The notes below the pieces were generated by a model. The model had not been told where the DNA came from and did not search any database. It saw nothing but the letters and a program-made list of their open reading frames with translations. The position numbers and the translations under genes are program-made. Below, piece after piece: positions 1-9,234 of a DNA stretch of 64,000 nucleotides (positions are counted from its first letter, which is position 1; each line of letters begins with the position of its first letter). The DNA comes from a bacterium (GTDB lineage: Bacteria > Zhuqueibacterota > Zhuqueibacteria > Residuimicrobiales > Krinioviventaceae): positions 256,001-320,000 of the forward strand of contig CAXXFV010000016.1 of the NCBI GenBank assembly GCA_963674595.2, written 5' to 3'.

Positions 1-2
1 GT

Positions 3-317
3 ACAAGCTTTGCAGATATTTTTAAAAATAATGCAATGAAAAACGGTCTTTTACCCGTTACGATTGACGAAAAAGTGCAAAATCATCTATTCGAACTGTT
101 TGATAAAGATCAGCAAGCAGAACTGTTTGTCGATTTACAGAACCAGGAACTGGATGTTCCCGGTCATCAAAAGGTCCATTTTGAGATTGATTCTTTTAAC
201 AAAAACTGCCTGCTCGAAGGAATTGATCAGCTTGGCTTTTTACTAAAGACATTACCGGAAATTCAATCCTTTGAAAAAAAATATCCAAAACGAGTTAATA
301 CCCTGGAGATATTTTAA
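3..317 (+). CDS. leuD: 3-isopropylmalate dehydratase small subunit, 3' part (5'-truncated by window edge)
   Basis: Frame is open from base 3: TSFADIFKNNAMKNGLLPV...VDLQNQ...FEID...LLEGIDQLG matches the LeuD C-terminal half. Confidence 0.9.
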   Translation, partial: TSFADIFKNNAMKNGLLPVTIDEKVQNHLFELFDKDQQAELFVDLQNQELDVPGHQKVHFEIDSFNKNCLLEGIDQLGFLLKTLPEIQSFEKKYPKRVNTLEIF

Positions 318-324
318 CTATATC

Positions 325-348
325 ATTTAATTGAAAAAACAATTAAAT
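325..348. promoter_or_regulatory. Perfect 9-6-9 inverted repeat, candidate metalloregulator operator
   Basis: ATTTAATTG-AAAAAA-CAATTAAAT, 32 nt upstream of the znuA ATG. Confidence 0.4.
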
Positions 349-380
349 TGGAGGATTGTGTTACCTTTAAAGGAAATTAT

Positions 381-1259
381 ATGCTCAAAAGTTTTTTTTT
401 AACAATTCTTACACTCACAAATATTATATATGCCCAACCCCATTTTGTGACAACAATACCGCCTTTTCAATTTATAATTAAAGAAATTACCGGGGAACGC
501 GCGGATGTTTATTGTATTATCCCGCCGGGAGCTTCACCACACACCTATGAAATGAGAGCCTCTGACATGCGTAGTGTGGAAAAAGCGGATGCGCTTTTTA
601 TGGGAAATGAAAACCTGGACAGATGGGCGTTAAAATTTAAAACAAAAAAAAGATGTGAGCTTGTCGATTTAATTCCTGCCGAGTATCGGCTGGTTTTTGA
701 TAATCATAAAAGTCATTCTCATAAAGTACAAGGCCACAGCCACGATCATGATGGGGTGGACCCGCATTTTTGGTCTGATCCTTTAGCGGTTAAAGCAATT
801 CTGCCCGCCCTAACAGCATATTTATCAGAGTTGGACCCGCCGGGGAAGCCTGTTTATGAAGAAAATATGACAGCTTTTTCCGGGCAATTAGATTCATTGG
901 ATACACAAATAAAAACGTTATTGAAACCTGTAAAAGGTCATACTGTTATTTTGTCTCATCCCTTTTTTAGATATTTTTTTAACAGGTATGACCTGCATTT
1001 GGCAGGAATCGTTGAGATAGCAGCCGGTACGGAGCCGTCACCGAAGGATTTAGTTAAAGTGATTAAAATTATTAAAGATGAAAAGGTCAAGGCTATCTTT
1101 ACGCATCCGCAGCTTTCTGATCGTCCGTCACAAATTATCGCTGAAACTGCCGGCATTTTCTGTGTAATGTTGGATCCTCTTGGAGGTGTTGAAGGTAAAG
1201 CTTCCTATAAAGAATTGTTACTGGCTAATACCCATACAATTTTGGAGGCCCTTCAATGA
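381..1259 (+). CDS. znuA: Zn/Mn ABC transporter substrate-binding protein (ZnuA/TroA family)
   Basis: PGASPHTYE, His-rich loop HKSHSHKVQGHSHDHD, DPHFW, HPFFRYF; ATG381 follows AAGGA. Confidence 0.88.
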   Translation: MLKSFFLTILTLTNIIYAQPHFVTTIPPFQFIIKEITGERADVYCIIPPGASPHTYEMRASDMRSVEKADALFMGNENLDRWALKFKTKKRCELVDLIPAEYRLVFDNHKSHSHKVQGHSHDHDGVDPHFWSDPLAVKAILPALTAYLSELDPPGKPVYEENMTAFSGQLDSLDTQIKTLLKPVKGHTVILSHPFFRYFFNRYDLHLAGIVEIAAGTEPSPKDLVKVIKIIKDEKVKAIFTHPQLSDRPSQIIAETAGIFCVMLDPLGGVEGKASYKELLLANTHTILEALQ

Positions 1260-2002
1260 GCGAACATGTTATTGACATTCGTCAACTTTCTATAAAGTTT
1301 GGCGATCACCTGGCTTTGGACAAGATAAAAGTACAAATTGAATCAGGTGATTTTGTCGCCATTGTAGGTCCAAATGGGGCCGGAAAATCAACCCTTTTTA
1401 AAGTCCTGCTGGGTTTATTACAGCCGACTGAGGGGCAGGTAAGGATTTTCGACGAACCTGCCTATCGTGCACCAGCTCAGTGGATTGGATATGTACCGCA
1501 AATGAAAACATTGGACCGGAGTTTTCCTGCTCAGGCTGTTGAATTGGTACTTACCGGTTTAAACAGAAGATGGCCCTGGCGGAAAGAAAAGTCAGAATAT
1601 AAAAAAGCCATAGAAGCATTGGAACAGGTGAGCGCTGAACATTTGGCTACAAGACCTGTTGGAAGATTGTCCGGTGGAGAGCTTCAAAGAGTTTGTCTGG
1701 CCCGGAGTATTGTTCGTCAGCCAAAAATTGTTTTGCTGGATGAACCGGCAACCGGTATTGACGCCATCGGTGAAGCGGACATGTATCGTTTGCTGGAAGC
1801 CTATCAAAAGCAAAGCAGCGCCACAATTCTTATGATTACCCATGACTGGCATGCAGCAACACATCATGCTGATAATGTCTTGTTACTGAACCGAAAAAAA
1901 ATTAGTTATGGCCCGCCTTCAGTTTCTTTGGCTGAAGATAATTTGCGATTGGCATTTGGTCATATCGGACATAAACATGAATTGAAATTTTTAATGAAAT
2001 AA
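1256..2002 (+). CDS. znuC: Metal ABC transporter ATP-binding protein
   Basis: Walker A GPNGAGKS, LSGGELQR, LLLDEP-type Walker B (VLLDEP), THD; ATGA overlap with znuA. Confidence 0.9.
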   Translation: MSEHVIDIRQLSIKFGDHLALDKIKVQIESGDFVAIVGPNGAGKSTLFKVLLGLLQPTEGQVRIFDEPAYRAPAQWIGYVPQMKTLDRSFPAQAVELVLTGLNRRWPWRKEKSEYKKAIEALEQVSAEHLATRPVGRLSGGELQRVCLARSIVRQPKIVLLDEPATGIDAIGEADMYRLLEAYQKQSSATILMITHDWHAATHHADNVLLLNRKKISYGPPSVSLAEDNLRLAFGHIGHKHELKFLMK

Positions 2003-2003
2003 T

Positions 2004-2807
2004 ATGATAGAAATATTTTCTTTACCCTTTATGCAGAGAGCCTTGATTGGCGGAATCCTGGTGGCCTTTTTAGCAAGTTATTATGGAGTTTTTGTTGTCC
2101 AGCGGGGTTTGTCTTTTTTAGGGAGCGGACTTGCTCATGCCGCCTTTGGCGGTGTGGCTTTGGGAATCTTGTTAAGTGTGGAACCTCTTTGGGTGGCTAT
2201 TCCCTTTACTGTTTTTGTTGCCATTGCAATTGCCTGGTTAAGAGAAAGGACCAAGCTTGGCAGCGATACGGCAATAGGCATTTTTTTTGCCGTTTCAATG
2301 GCGCTTGGAATTGTTTTTCTTTTTATCAGACGTGAATATACGGATGATGCATTTACATTCCTCTTTGGATCTATTTTAGCGGTTACCACAAAAGATATTT
2401 GGATGTCCTTTGGAGTCGTTTTGCTGACCCTTTTTACCACTCCCATGTGGAAAAGATGGGCTTATGCGTCATTTGACCGGGAACTGGCATTAACAGACCG
2501 TCTTTCTGTTCTCAGAGACGATTATTTATTAATTATTTTTATTGCTTTAACAGTGGTCGTTGCTATTAAAGTTGTGGGTATTGTTTTAATAGCCGCATTT
2601 CTTGTTATTCCTGCTGCCACGGCTCGTCTTTTAGCCCAAACTTTTAAGGTAATGACGATTATTTCCGTGTGTTTTGGAATTTTGGGTGTTATAGTTGGAC
2701 TTGTTTTATCTTATTATCTTGACCTTCCCAGCGGCGCTGTGATAATATTATTTCAGGCAATTATGTTTTTTATTGTTATTTTTATCTCAGCGATTCGAAA
2801 TAATTAG
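2004..2807 (+). CDS. znuB: Metal ABC transporter permease (ABC-3 family)
   Basis: FMQRAL, LAHAAFGG, LFGSIL, VVGIVLIAAFLVIPAATA. Confidence 0.9.
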   Translation: MIEIFSLPFMQRALIGGILVAFLASYYGVFVVQRGLSFLGSGLAHAAFGGVALGILLSVEPLWVAIPFTVFVAIAIAWLRERTKLGSDTAIGIFFAVSMALGIVFLFIRREYTDDAFTFLFGSILAVTTKDIWMSFGVVLLTLFTTPMWKRWAYASFDRELALTDRLSVLRDDYLLIIFIALTVVVAIKVVGIVLIAAFLVIPAATARLLAQTFKVMTIISVCFGILGVIVGLVLSYYLDLPSGAVIILFQAIMFFIVIFISAIRNN

Positions 2808-2825
2808 TCCGGGAGTTGTTAACTA

Positions 2826-3122
2826 TTGGTTAATTTTAAAAAATATTTAATAATTTTTCTGGCACTATTTGTTGCTTTTCTGGTTGTTTATCAACCAGTT
2901 TTTCATAATCACCAGCCTGATTTTCGTGATCATGAAAGCTGTCCTTCAACATTGCTGGCAATATTATTTTCTGTTGACTCATTTCTGTTTATAAAGGTTT
3001 TTGTTCTTTTTCTGTTTGTCTTTTTTGATTTATTGTTTACACCAACATTTCAAAGATGTTCTTTTTTTATACCATTATTAAATTATAAAAGGGGTCCTCC
3101 CGCATATTGTGATGTTTTATAA
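2826..3122 (+). CDS. Small membrane leader protein with His/Cys cluster and C-terminal RGPP (DUF2946/CruR-like)
   Basis: SD GGGAG 2811-2815 and TTG start; N-terminal hydrophobic helix; FHNHQPDFRDHESC; ends KRGPPAYCDVL. Confidence 0.7.
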   Translation: MVNFKKYLIIFLALFVAFLVVYQPVFHNHQPDFRDHESCPSTLLAILFSVDSFLFIKVFVLFLFVFFDLLFTPTFQRCSFFIPLLNYKRGPPAYCDVL

Positions 3123-3152
3123 ATTTGTAAAATTTTACAACATATTAGGGAG
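3097..3152 (+). promoter_or_regulatory. mRNA hairpin sequestering the SD of the 3159 gene
   Basis: CTCCC(3097-3101):GGGAG(3148-3152), ATAT:ATAT, TGTGA:TTACA, TTTTAT:GTAAAA. Confidence 0.7.
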
Positions 3153-3158
3153 AAAAAA

Positions 3159-3614
3159 ATGCATAATTTTAAAAAATATATATCCGTATTTTTTTGTATT
3201 GGTGTGCTATTTGTTATCGGTTGCAGTGAAGATAATCCCGTTGAACCAACTGAAACTCATAATGAGGCTGAAGGATTAATCCTTCGAACTGATGGTCAGG
3301 ATTTGGTCATTGTAAAGGAAGGTACTGTAAAATCCGGACAGATCACTGTTAATGTAGATAGCCAAACACCAACAATTAAAGCTGTATTTTTAGATGAAGA
3401 TGATGACGAGTTTGAACCTCATGAAGAGGGCTCGTCGCTTGCTTTTGAGTTTGGAAGTAATGAAACAGCAGAAGCTGTTATGGTGGACGGTAAACAGTGG
3501 GAGTTTGTTGTTAACGGTAAAAAGGTCGGAACAACAACCCTGGTAGTTAAATTAATGCATGGAGATCACAGCGATTTTTTGACTCCTAACATAACTGTTT
3601 CTGTAACAGAGTAA
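3159..3614 (+). CDS. Lipoprotein with His motifs, probable metal-binding partner of the TonB receptor
   Basis: Lipobox VIGC; THNEAEG, PHEEG, MHGDHSDF; beta-rich. Confidence 0.65.
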   Translation: MHNFKKYISVFFCIGVLFVIGCSEDNPVEPTETHNEAEGLILRTDGQDLVIVKEGTVKSGQITVNVDSQTPTIKAVFLDEDDDEFEPHEEGSSLAFEFGSNETAEAVMVDGKQWEFVVNGKKVGTTTLVVKLMHGDHSDFLTPNITVSVTE

Positions 3615-3629
3615 TTTATTAAGGAACAC

Positions 3630-5846
3630 ATGATGCGTACAATAGTTCTTTTTACGCTTCTGACTGTTTCATTTGCATATACCGCAGTTCCTTCCTCAAC
3701 GGACCGGAACTGCGGTTCCTTATATGGCGTATTTCTCGATGCTGAAACAGGACAGGGAGTTGGTGGCATTCAGGTTTTACTGAATGAAATTAAACGATCA
3801 GGGGTTACACATGAAGATGGTCATTTTTTTCTACCGGCTATTCCAATGGGAACCTATACGGTACAGACATTTCGAATCGGTTATAAAAATATTGTCAAAA
3901 ATATTGCTATAAATCGATGTGATACAATCCGTGTTGAATTTCACATTTTTAAAGCTCCAATTATGCTGAATGCCGTTATGGTTGATGCAGAAGAGGAAAA
4001 TACACTTGATTTTGTTATGGATAAAAATCCGGTTGAGCTTGAAGGTAAACGACTGCGTCGCCAATTGGGACGGACAATTGCTGAAACCCTCGTCAACGAG
4101 CCCGGCATTGATCAAAGGACCATGGGACCCGCGCCTGCTCGTCCGGTTTTGCGAGGATTAAGCGGTGATCGTTTACTCGTATTGGAAGATGGTGAACGTA
4201 CCGGAGATTTATCTGCAACATCTGCTGATCATGCTGTTGTTATTGAACCGATGACTGCGGAGCGTGTTGAAGTTATTCGCGGTCCGGAGGCTTTGCTGTA
4301 TGGTTCCAATACCATTGGTGGTGTTATTAATGTCGATCGCGGTTATGTTCCTACAACGAACCTTGACCATTGGCATGGGACTGTTTCTTATCAGGGCGAA
4401 TCGGTCAATAATGGGCACAGTAGTGGAATCAAGGTTAATTTACCGGCGGGACCTTTTTCTATGCATGTTGATGCAAGCATGCGAAATACACAGGATATAA
4501 AAACACCTAAAAAGAAACTCTTGAATACCAGTATTATTACCAACAATGCTTCATTGGGCATGAGCATTGTAAGACCATGGGGCCTTTTAGGTGTTGCCGG
4601 TAGTTTGTATGATAGCGAATATGGTATACCGGGCGGTTTTATCGGTGCCCACAAGTCCGGTGTAGATGTTGAGCTGAACAGACGTCATTTTGAAGCAAAG
4701 TCTGAATTTTATTTTCAGAATGATTGGATAAAAAGAGTAAATGCCCGTTATAATTTTTCCAGATATTATCATCTTGAACGGGAAGCAAATGGTATTCCCG
4801 GAATTGAATTCGGTGTTTTAAATTATAATTTTTCATTGATGGCTCGTTTAAAAGACCATCCTCATTTTAAAAATGGTGAAGTTGGGCTATGGAGTGAATA
4901 TCGTGATTTTGCAGCCGGTGTGTATGCTTTTACTCCTCAAGCAGTTGAAAAGAAAATAGCTGGTTTTGCTTTCCAGGAGTTTATCTTGGGACGTTTTGGG
5001 ATAAAAGCGGCCCTTCGCTATGATGTGCTGCAAGTAATTCCTCAGCAGGAAAAGTATGATAAAAAAATTGGTTACATTCAAAACCGAAATTTTTCTGATT
5101 TTTCCGGTTCTTTTGCAGCAATATACGAAATAAATCGTCATTTACATTATGGAACGACGGTAATGAAAAGTTTTCGATCTCCAGGCATTGAAGAACTGTA
5201 TTCACGGGGACCACATTTAGCAGCTTATTCTTTTGAGATTGGAAATCCATCTTTGGGTAAAGAACAGGGTATAGGTATAGAAACCTTTTTACATTTTGAA
5301 GGGCAACCCGGAAATGCCCAAATAGCATTATTTCGCAATAATATATCCGGCTATGTTTTTCCCAAAAACACAGGTCAGTTGGATTACAGCACATTATTAC
5401 CTGTTTACCAGTATTCCGGATCTAATGTGATAATAGAGGGATGTGAATTGGCCTTTGAGTTGCTGCCCTGGCAGTTTATAGCTTTTTCCGGAAGCATGAG
5501 TTATGTTTATGGTGAAATGGATTCCGGAGAAGCCATGCCATTGATGCCCCCGTTACATGGCAAACTTGATGTTCAGTTACTGTGGAACCAAACAACAATT
5601 GGTTTTCGTGCAAGAGCAGCGGATGAGCAAACCAGGCTTGGACGTTTTGAAGAATATACCGCTGGTTTTACTGTTTACGATCTTATGGGGCAATATTTAT
5701 TAAATGTTGGTCACTATTTATCTTCAATAAATTTGACGATAGAAAATATTACCAACCAGGAATATCGAAAACATTTATCTCGTGTTAAGGCCGTTATGCC
5801 TGAACCAGGAAGAAATGTAAAACTATTATTTAGAATTTATTTTTAA
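3630..5846 (+). CDS. TonB-dependent receptor, ZnuD-like metal transporter
   Basis: N-terminal carboxypeptidase-like domain; plug RPVLRGLSGDR...SADHAV...VEVIRGPEALLYG; NITNQEYRKHLSR..PGRN; terminal Phe. Confidence 0.88.
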   Translation: MMRTIVLFTLLTVSFAYTAVPSSTDRNCGSLYGVFLDAETGQGVGGIQVLLNEIKRSGVTHEDGHFFLPAIPMGTYTVQTFRIGYKNIVKNIAINRCDTIRVEFHIFKAPIMLNAVMVDAEEENTLDFVMDKNPVELEGKRLRRQLGRTIAETLVNEPGIDQRTMGPAPARPVLRGLSGDRLLVLEDGERTGDLSATSADHAVVIEPMTAERVEVIRGPEALLYGSNTIGGVINVDRGYVPTTNLDHWHGTVSYQGESVNNGHSSGIKVNLPAGPFSMHVDASMRNTQDIKTPKKKLLNTSIITNNASLGMSIVRPWGLLGVAGSLYDSEYGIPGGFIGAHKSGVDVELNRRHFEAKSEFYFQNDWIKRVNARYNFSRYYHLEREANGIPGIEFGVLNYNFSLMARLKDHPHFKNGEVGLWSEYRDFAAGVYAFTPQAVEKKIAGFAFQEFILGRFGIKAALRYDVLQVIPQQEKYDKKIGYIQNRNFSDFSGSFAAIYEINRHLHYGTTVMKSFRSPGIEELYSRGPHLAAYSFEIGNPSLGKEQGIGIETFLHFEGQPGNAQIALFRNNISGYVFPKNTGQLDYSTLLPVYQYSGSNVIIEGCELAFELLPWQFIAFSGSMSYVYGEMDSGEAMPLMPPLHGKLDVQLLWNQTTIGFRARAADEQTRLGRFEEYTAGFTVYDLMGQYLLNVGHYLSSINLTIENITNQEYRKHLSRVKAVMPEPGRNVKLLFRIYF

Positions 5847-5865
5847 ATCCAATTCTGTTTTAAAT

Positions 5866-7659
5866 TTATTTTGCCAACAGCATTTTTATTGATTTACTGG
5901 TATTTCCTGTTCTCAGGTGACATATATATATTCCTGATGCTACCAAATTTCCATTTTCATCCAGTCCATCCCATTTGCTCATATAGTGCCCGGCAGGTTG
6001 ATAACAGTTCTCAAGAGTTCTTATTTCTTTTCCTGTTATGTCGTAAACGGCAAGATGAATGTCCATAGCATTGGGAATTTCATATTCAATTTGTGTTGAC
6101 GGATTAAATGGATTCGGGTAATTTTGTGCAAGCTGAAAACTAGTTGGAATGTTTTTATCTCCTTTATATTCCACGGATACATAGTTTGGTTCTGTTATTT
6201 CGTGATATTGATTGATATCGACATTTTTTAATACTTGTTTATATCCCAATGGCCATTTTATAGTGACCGAATCAATACTTGTTGCGAATCCGATTCCAAA
6301 ATGGACCCAGGGATTATACTGGTTAAAATGTTGATCTCCACATCGTGTTAACCGAATTTGTTTTTTATCGCCGGTATAAATTGTAACCAGACTACCGACA
6401 GCATCTTTGTTGGAAATTGTTCCTTCTAAAATAAAACCAACCCAATTGGCATCGTTTCCACCTTGATTTTCATAGAGTATATGTCCAAATTCTGGTGAAG
6501 GTATATAAATATCTAAAAATCCGTCGCGATTGAAATCAAAAAAACCACAGTTTTTTCGGCCTCCTAATTTGTCAATACCTGCAAATTCAGCAACATCTAC
6601 AAAAGTACGTACACCGGGTGATACCTCTATATTAGACAAGTAAAAGTCGGGACTTTGAGCATTGCCGCTATCAAGAAAAACATCCTGATCACCATCATTA
6701 TCTGCATCACCAAATGTGACACCCCGGTGAGCATATTGCATCCCGTTGAGTCCGGCCTGAAGAGAGATGTCATAATATACGCCGTCTCTATTTTCCCAAA
6801 GTTCGTTGTAATCCGGGCTATCTAAACGAGCTGTTACCTTGAAAAAATCAAGGTCACCATCGTTGTCATAATCAAAAAATCTTTTGTACCAGCAAGTGCC
6901 AATCTCGGCAAAGCCTAATTCTTCGGTTACATTGGTAAAAACGCCATTGTCATTTCTTAAAAAATTTGATTTACCGACCAAATCAGGATCACCGTCAAGG
7001 TCAAAATCCGTAAAAACGACCCGCCATTCTTCAGCAAGAGGTGTATTATCAAGCCCTGCTTCAGTAGCAACATTTGTAAAATGGTCACCGTCGTTTCGAA
7101 ATAGATACAAATTGTCATAACTTAGCTGACTGACAACACAATCCAGATCACCATCTAAATCATAATCAGCCCACCCGCAAATATTACAGTCCCATTCAAT
7201 TATGAATCCACCCGGTTTTGGGGCGATAAAACCCATTTCCTCAGAAACTTCGGTAAATACATTATCATCATTTCTGAGCAGGTGAATAGCATCGATAGTT
7301 GCCATGGAAAGGTCTTTGTCACCATCATTATCATAATCGGCCCACAATGTTGTCCGTGTTGACTTTTCCTGTAAATCTATTTGCTCTATTGGGGTTTGGT
7401 CTGTTATATCGGTAAAATGAACATTATTATTTGTGTATATTCTGCTATAACCCGGTTCCTGCCATCTTGTACAAAAAATATCCTGATAACCATTACGATC
7501 AATGTCTGCCAGGGCCAGACCTCCCTTTTCAAATGGTGGAAATCCAAGTCCCAGACTGATATTGTCGGCAACAATAAAATAGGTCAGTTCCTGTGCTTGA
7601 AGGGAAAAAGCTGAAAATAAAATGCAAAATTGGATAACTATGTAGCGAACTGTTTTCAT
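5866..7659 (-). CDS. Secreted FG-GAP/ASPIC-UnbV (CRTAC1-like) protein with FlgD-Ig/T9SS-like C-terminal domain
   Basis: Repeated DYDNDGDLD-type motifs, HFGIG...IKWP, NYPNPFNP...GIYICHL; ATG7659 follows GGAGG. Confidence 0.85.
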   Translation of the reverse strand: MKTVRYIVIQFCILFSAFSLQAQELTYFIVADNISLGLGFPPFEKGGLALADIDRNGYQDIFCTRWQEPGYSRIYTNNNVHFTDITDQTPIEQIDLQEKSTRTTLWADYDNDGDKDLSMATIDAIHLLRNDDNVFTEVSEEMGFIAPKPGGFIIEWDCNICGWADYDLDGDLDCVVSQLSYDNLYLFRNDGDHFTNVATEAGLDNTPLAEEWRVVFTDFDLDGDPDLVGKSNFLRNDNGVFTNVTEELGFAEIGTCWYKRFFDYDNDGDLDFFKVTARLDSPDYNELWENRDGVYYDISLQAGLNGMQYAHRGVTFGDADNDGDQDVFLDSGNAQSPDFYLSNIEVSPGVRTFVDVAEFAGIDKLGGRKNCGFFDFNRDGFLDIYIPSPEFGHILYENQGGNDANWVGFILEGTISNKDAVGSLVTIYTGDKKQIRLTRCGDQHFNQYNPWVHFGIGFATSIDSVTIKWPLGYKQVLKNVDINQYHEITEPNYVSVEYKGDKNIPTSFQLAQNYPNPFNPSTQIEYEIPNAMDIHLAVYDITGKEIRTLENCYQPAGHYMSKWDGLDENGNLVASGIYICHLRTGNTSKSIKMLLAK

Positions 7660-7829
7660 ATTGTCCTCCATTTGGCCAATGAATTTTTTTATAATATGGA
7701 ATTGTATTTTTATATACCTGCAAATGCACGAATTTTATATAAATCTAAAGTGTAAGGAAATACATTATTTTTAAGAGTATTAAATGTTACATATATAGAA
7801 AAGTCAAATCAGGATGGAGAGAACATTTA

Positions 7830-7919
7830 TGATCATTTTGATCAATTTGTATGAACTTTTTGATAAATTTACTTAATAATTATCCTCAAGTCAAGTTTTT
7901 TTATTGAACATTTTGTTCA
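7830..7919. promoter_or_regulatory. Three TGAWCA-N3-TGWTCA boxes
   Basis: TGATCAtttTGATCA 7830-7844; TGAACTtttTGATAA 7852-7866; TGAACAtttTGTTCA 7905-7919. Confidence 0.45.
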
Positions 7920-8031
7920 TTTTGCAGGTAAAAATTTTATGAAAGGGGGGAGTAGCTAAAAAAACTGGATTATAAGATATAATCAAATGTGAAATTTTAA
8001 TATTTAGATTTATTTTTAAACACCTAAAAAC

Positions 8032-8667
8032 TTAGGGAATCATTACGCCATCAATTGTCGCAGCCAACAGGTCCCCATGCCCATTGGCGTTATAATAACG
8101 GACAGGGCCAATGCCCTTTGCAAACCACCAAAATGATATACCGGCAAACATGGGTTTTAAAGTTGGCGATGTGTAAGAAAACGTTGTCCGCATTTTTATA
8201 CATTGAAGAAATGTACCTGCCGGCGTTTTAATATCTTCGATGGCATCAATTTCATATGCCAGGGAAATTTCAAGCTCTGTATTTAATGAATCATTACGTG
8301 ATTCTATACTGGTAAAATCCAGGTGTTCACCGATTTTATCGGAAAAAGGCGTAACAGGTATCGGCGGTGAAAAAGAAGTTTTTGGCAACAAACCTATTTG
8401 AGGATCAAAGACACTCCAAAATAATTGATTTTTATTTTTAACAAGCTCCTCTTCCCATAAGGGCGTGTTGGTGGAATCGTGATAAATTAATGTAAAAACC
8501 AATTTTCCATTTTTATCTTTATCAATTTTGTTTACTATGATTTTTTTTATGTTCCCGGAAAATGTCCATTCATTTCCTTTGGATAAAGGAAAATAAAAGT
8601 CAGGCTTGTGTTTGGGTGCACATTGTACTAAAAGAAATAATACTAAAACAGGGAAAAGACGTTTCAT
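8032..8667 (-). CDS. Hypothetical lipoprotein
   Basis: Lipobox LVQC; FPLSKGNEW, IKTPAGTF..C, WFAKGIG motifs. Confidence 0.65.
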   Translation of the reverse strand: MKRLFPVLVLFLLVQCAPKHKPDFYFPLSKGNEWTFSGNIKKIIVNKIDKDKNGKLVFTLIYHDSTNTPLWEEELVKNKNQLFWSVFDPQIGLLPKTSFSPPIPVTPFSDKIGEHLDFTSIESRNDSLNTELEISLAYEIDAIEDIKTPAGTFLQCIKMRTTFSYTSPTLKPMFAGISFWWFAKGIGPVRYYNANGHGDLLAATIDGVMIP

Positions 8668-8699
8668 ATTTTTGTACTTTTTAATAAATTAGTAAATTG

Positions 8700-9221
8700 T
8701 TATGATTTAAAATATTCTGTGCCTTCAATTTCTAAAATTTCTCCGATATAAACACGGTGGTAATCTTTGTTTGGATAATTTCTGTCCAGGCTTGCATCTA
8801 TAAATTGATTTGGGTCAATATTGTAAGCGCCAATAGTTTTACAGCCAATAATAAGACAAGCTTGATCAATACCCGGAGAGGTGGTTTTTTCACGTTTTAT
8901 TTTGTCAAGATTGCTTTGTTGGAATTTGTCGATATTTCGTCCGGATTGAGTCCCGCAAATAGAAAGGGCTTCTTTATATTCACCTGTAAAAAAGTTTACA
9001 GTAAAATCGTTATTGTTTTCCATATATGAAAAAGTATGTCGTGTTGGGCGCACATAAACAGAAAAAACTTTTTTGTGCCACAATACTCCCATTTGTGCCC
9101 AGGCAATTGTCATACAATTCGCATCATCCATCGTTCCGGCGCATAAAAGAGCGCCTCTTGAAAGGACTTTGGAAAAAATATTCAAATTCAATTCTGTCAG
9201 CTCTATACTTTTTCTATTCAT
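8700..9221 (-). CDS. Flavin reductase-like (FMN-binding split barrel) protein
   Basis: NCMTIAW, VRPTRHT, CGTQSGRNIDK, DYHRVYIGEI; ATG9221 follows AAGGAG. Confidence 0.85.
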   Translation of the reverse strand: MNRKSIELTELNLNIFSKVLSRGALLCAGTMDDANCMTIAWAQMGVLWHKKVFSVYVRPTRHTFSYMENNNDFTVNFFTGEYKEALSICGTQSGRNIDKFQQSNLDKIKREKTTSPGIDQACLIIGCKTIGAYNIDPNQFIDASLDRNYPNKDYHRVYIGEILEIEGTEYFKS

Positions 9222-9234
9222 AATAGTCTCCTTT

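Noticed and set aside
7942-7960. AAAGGGGGGAGTAGC resembles the 5' end of a yybP-ykoY Mn riboswitch
   Set aside because: It is on the strand opposite both flanking genes and the 3' half of the motif is missing
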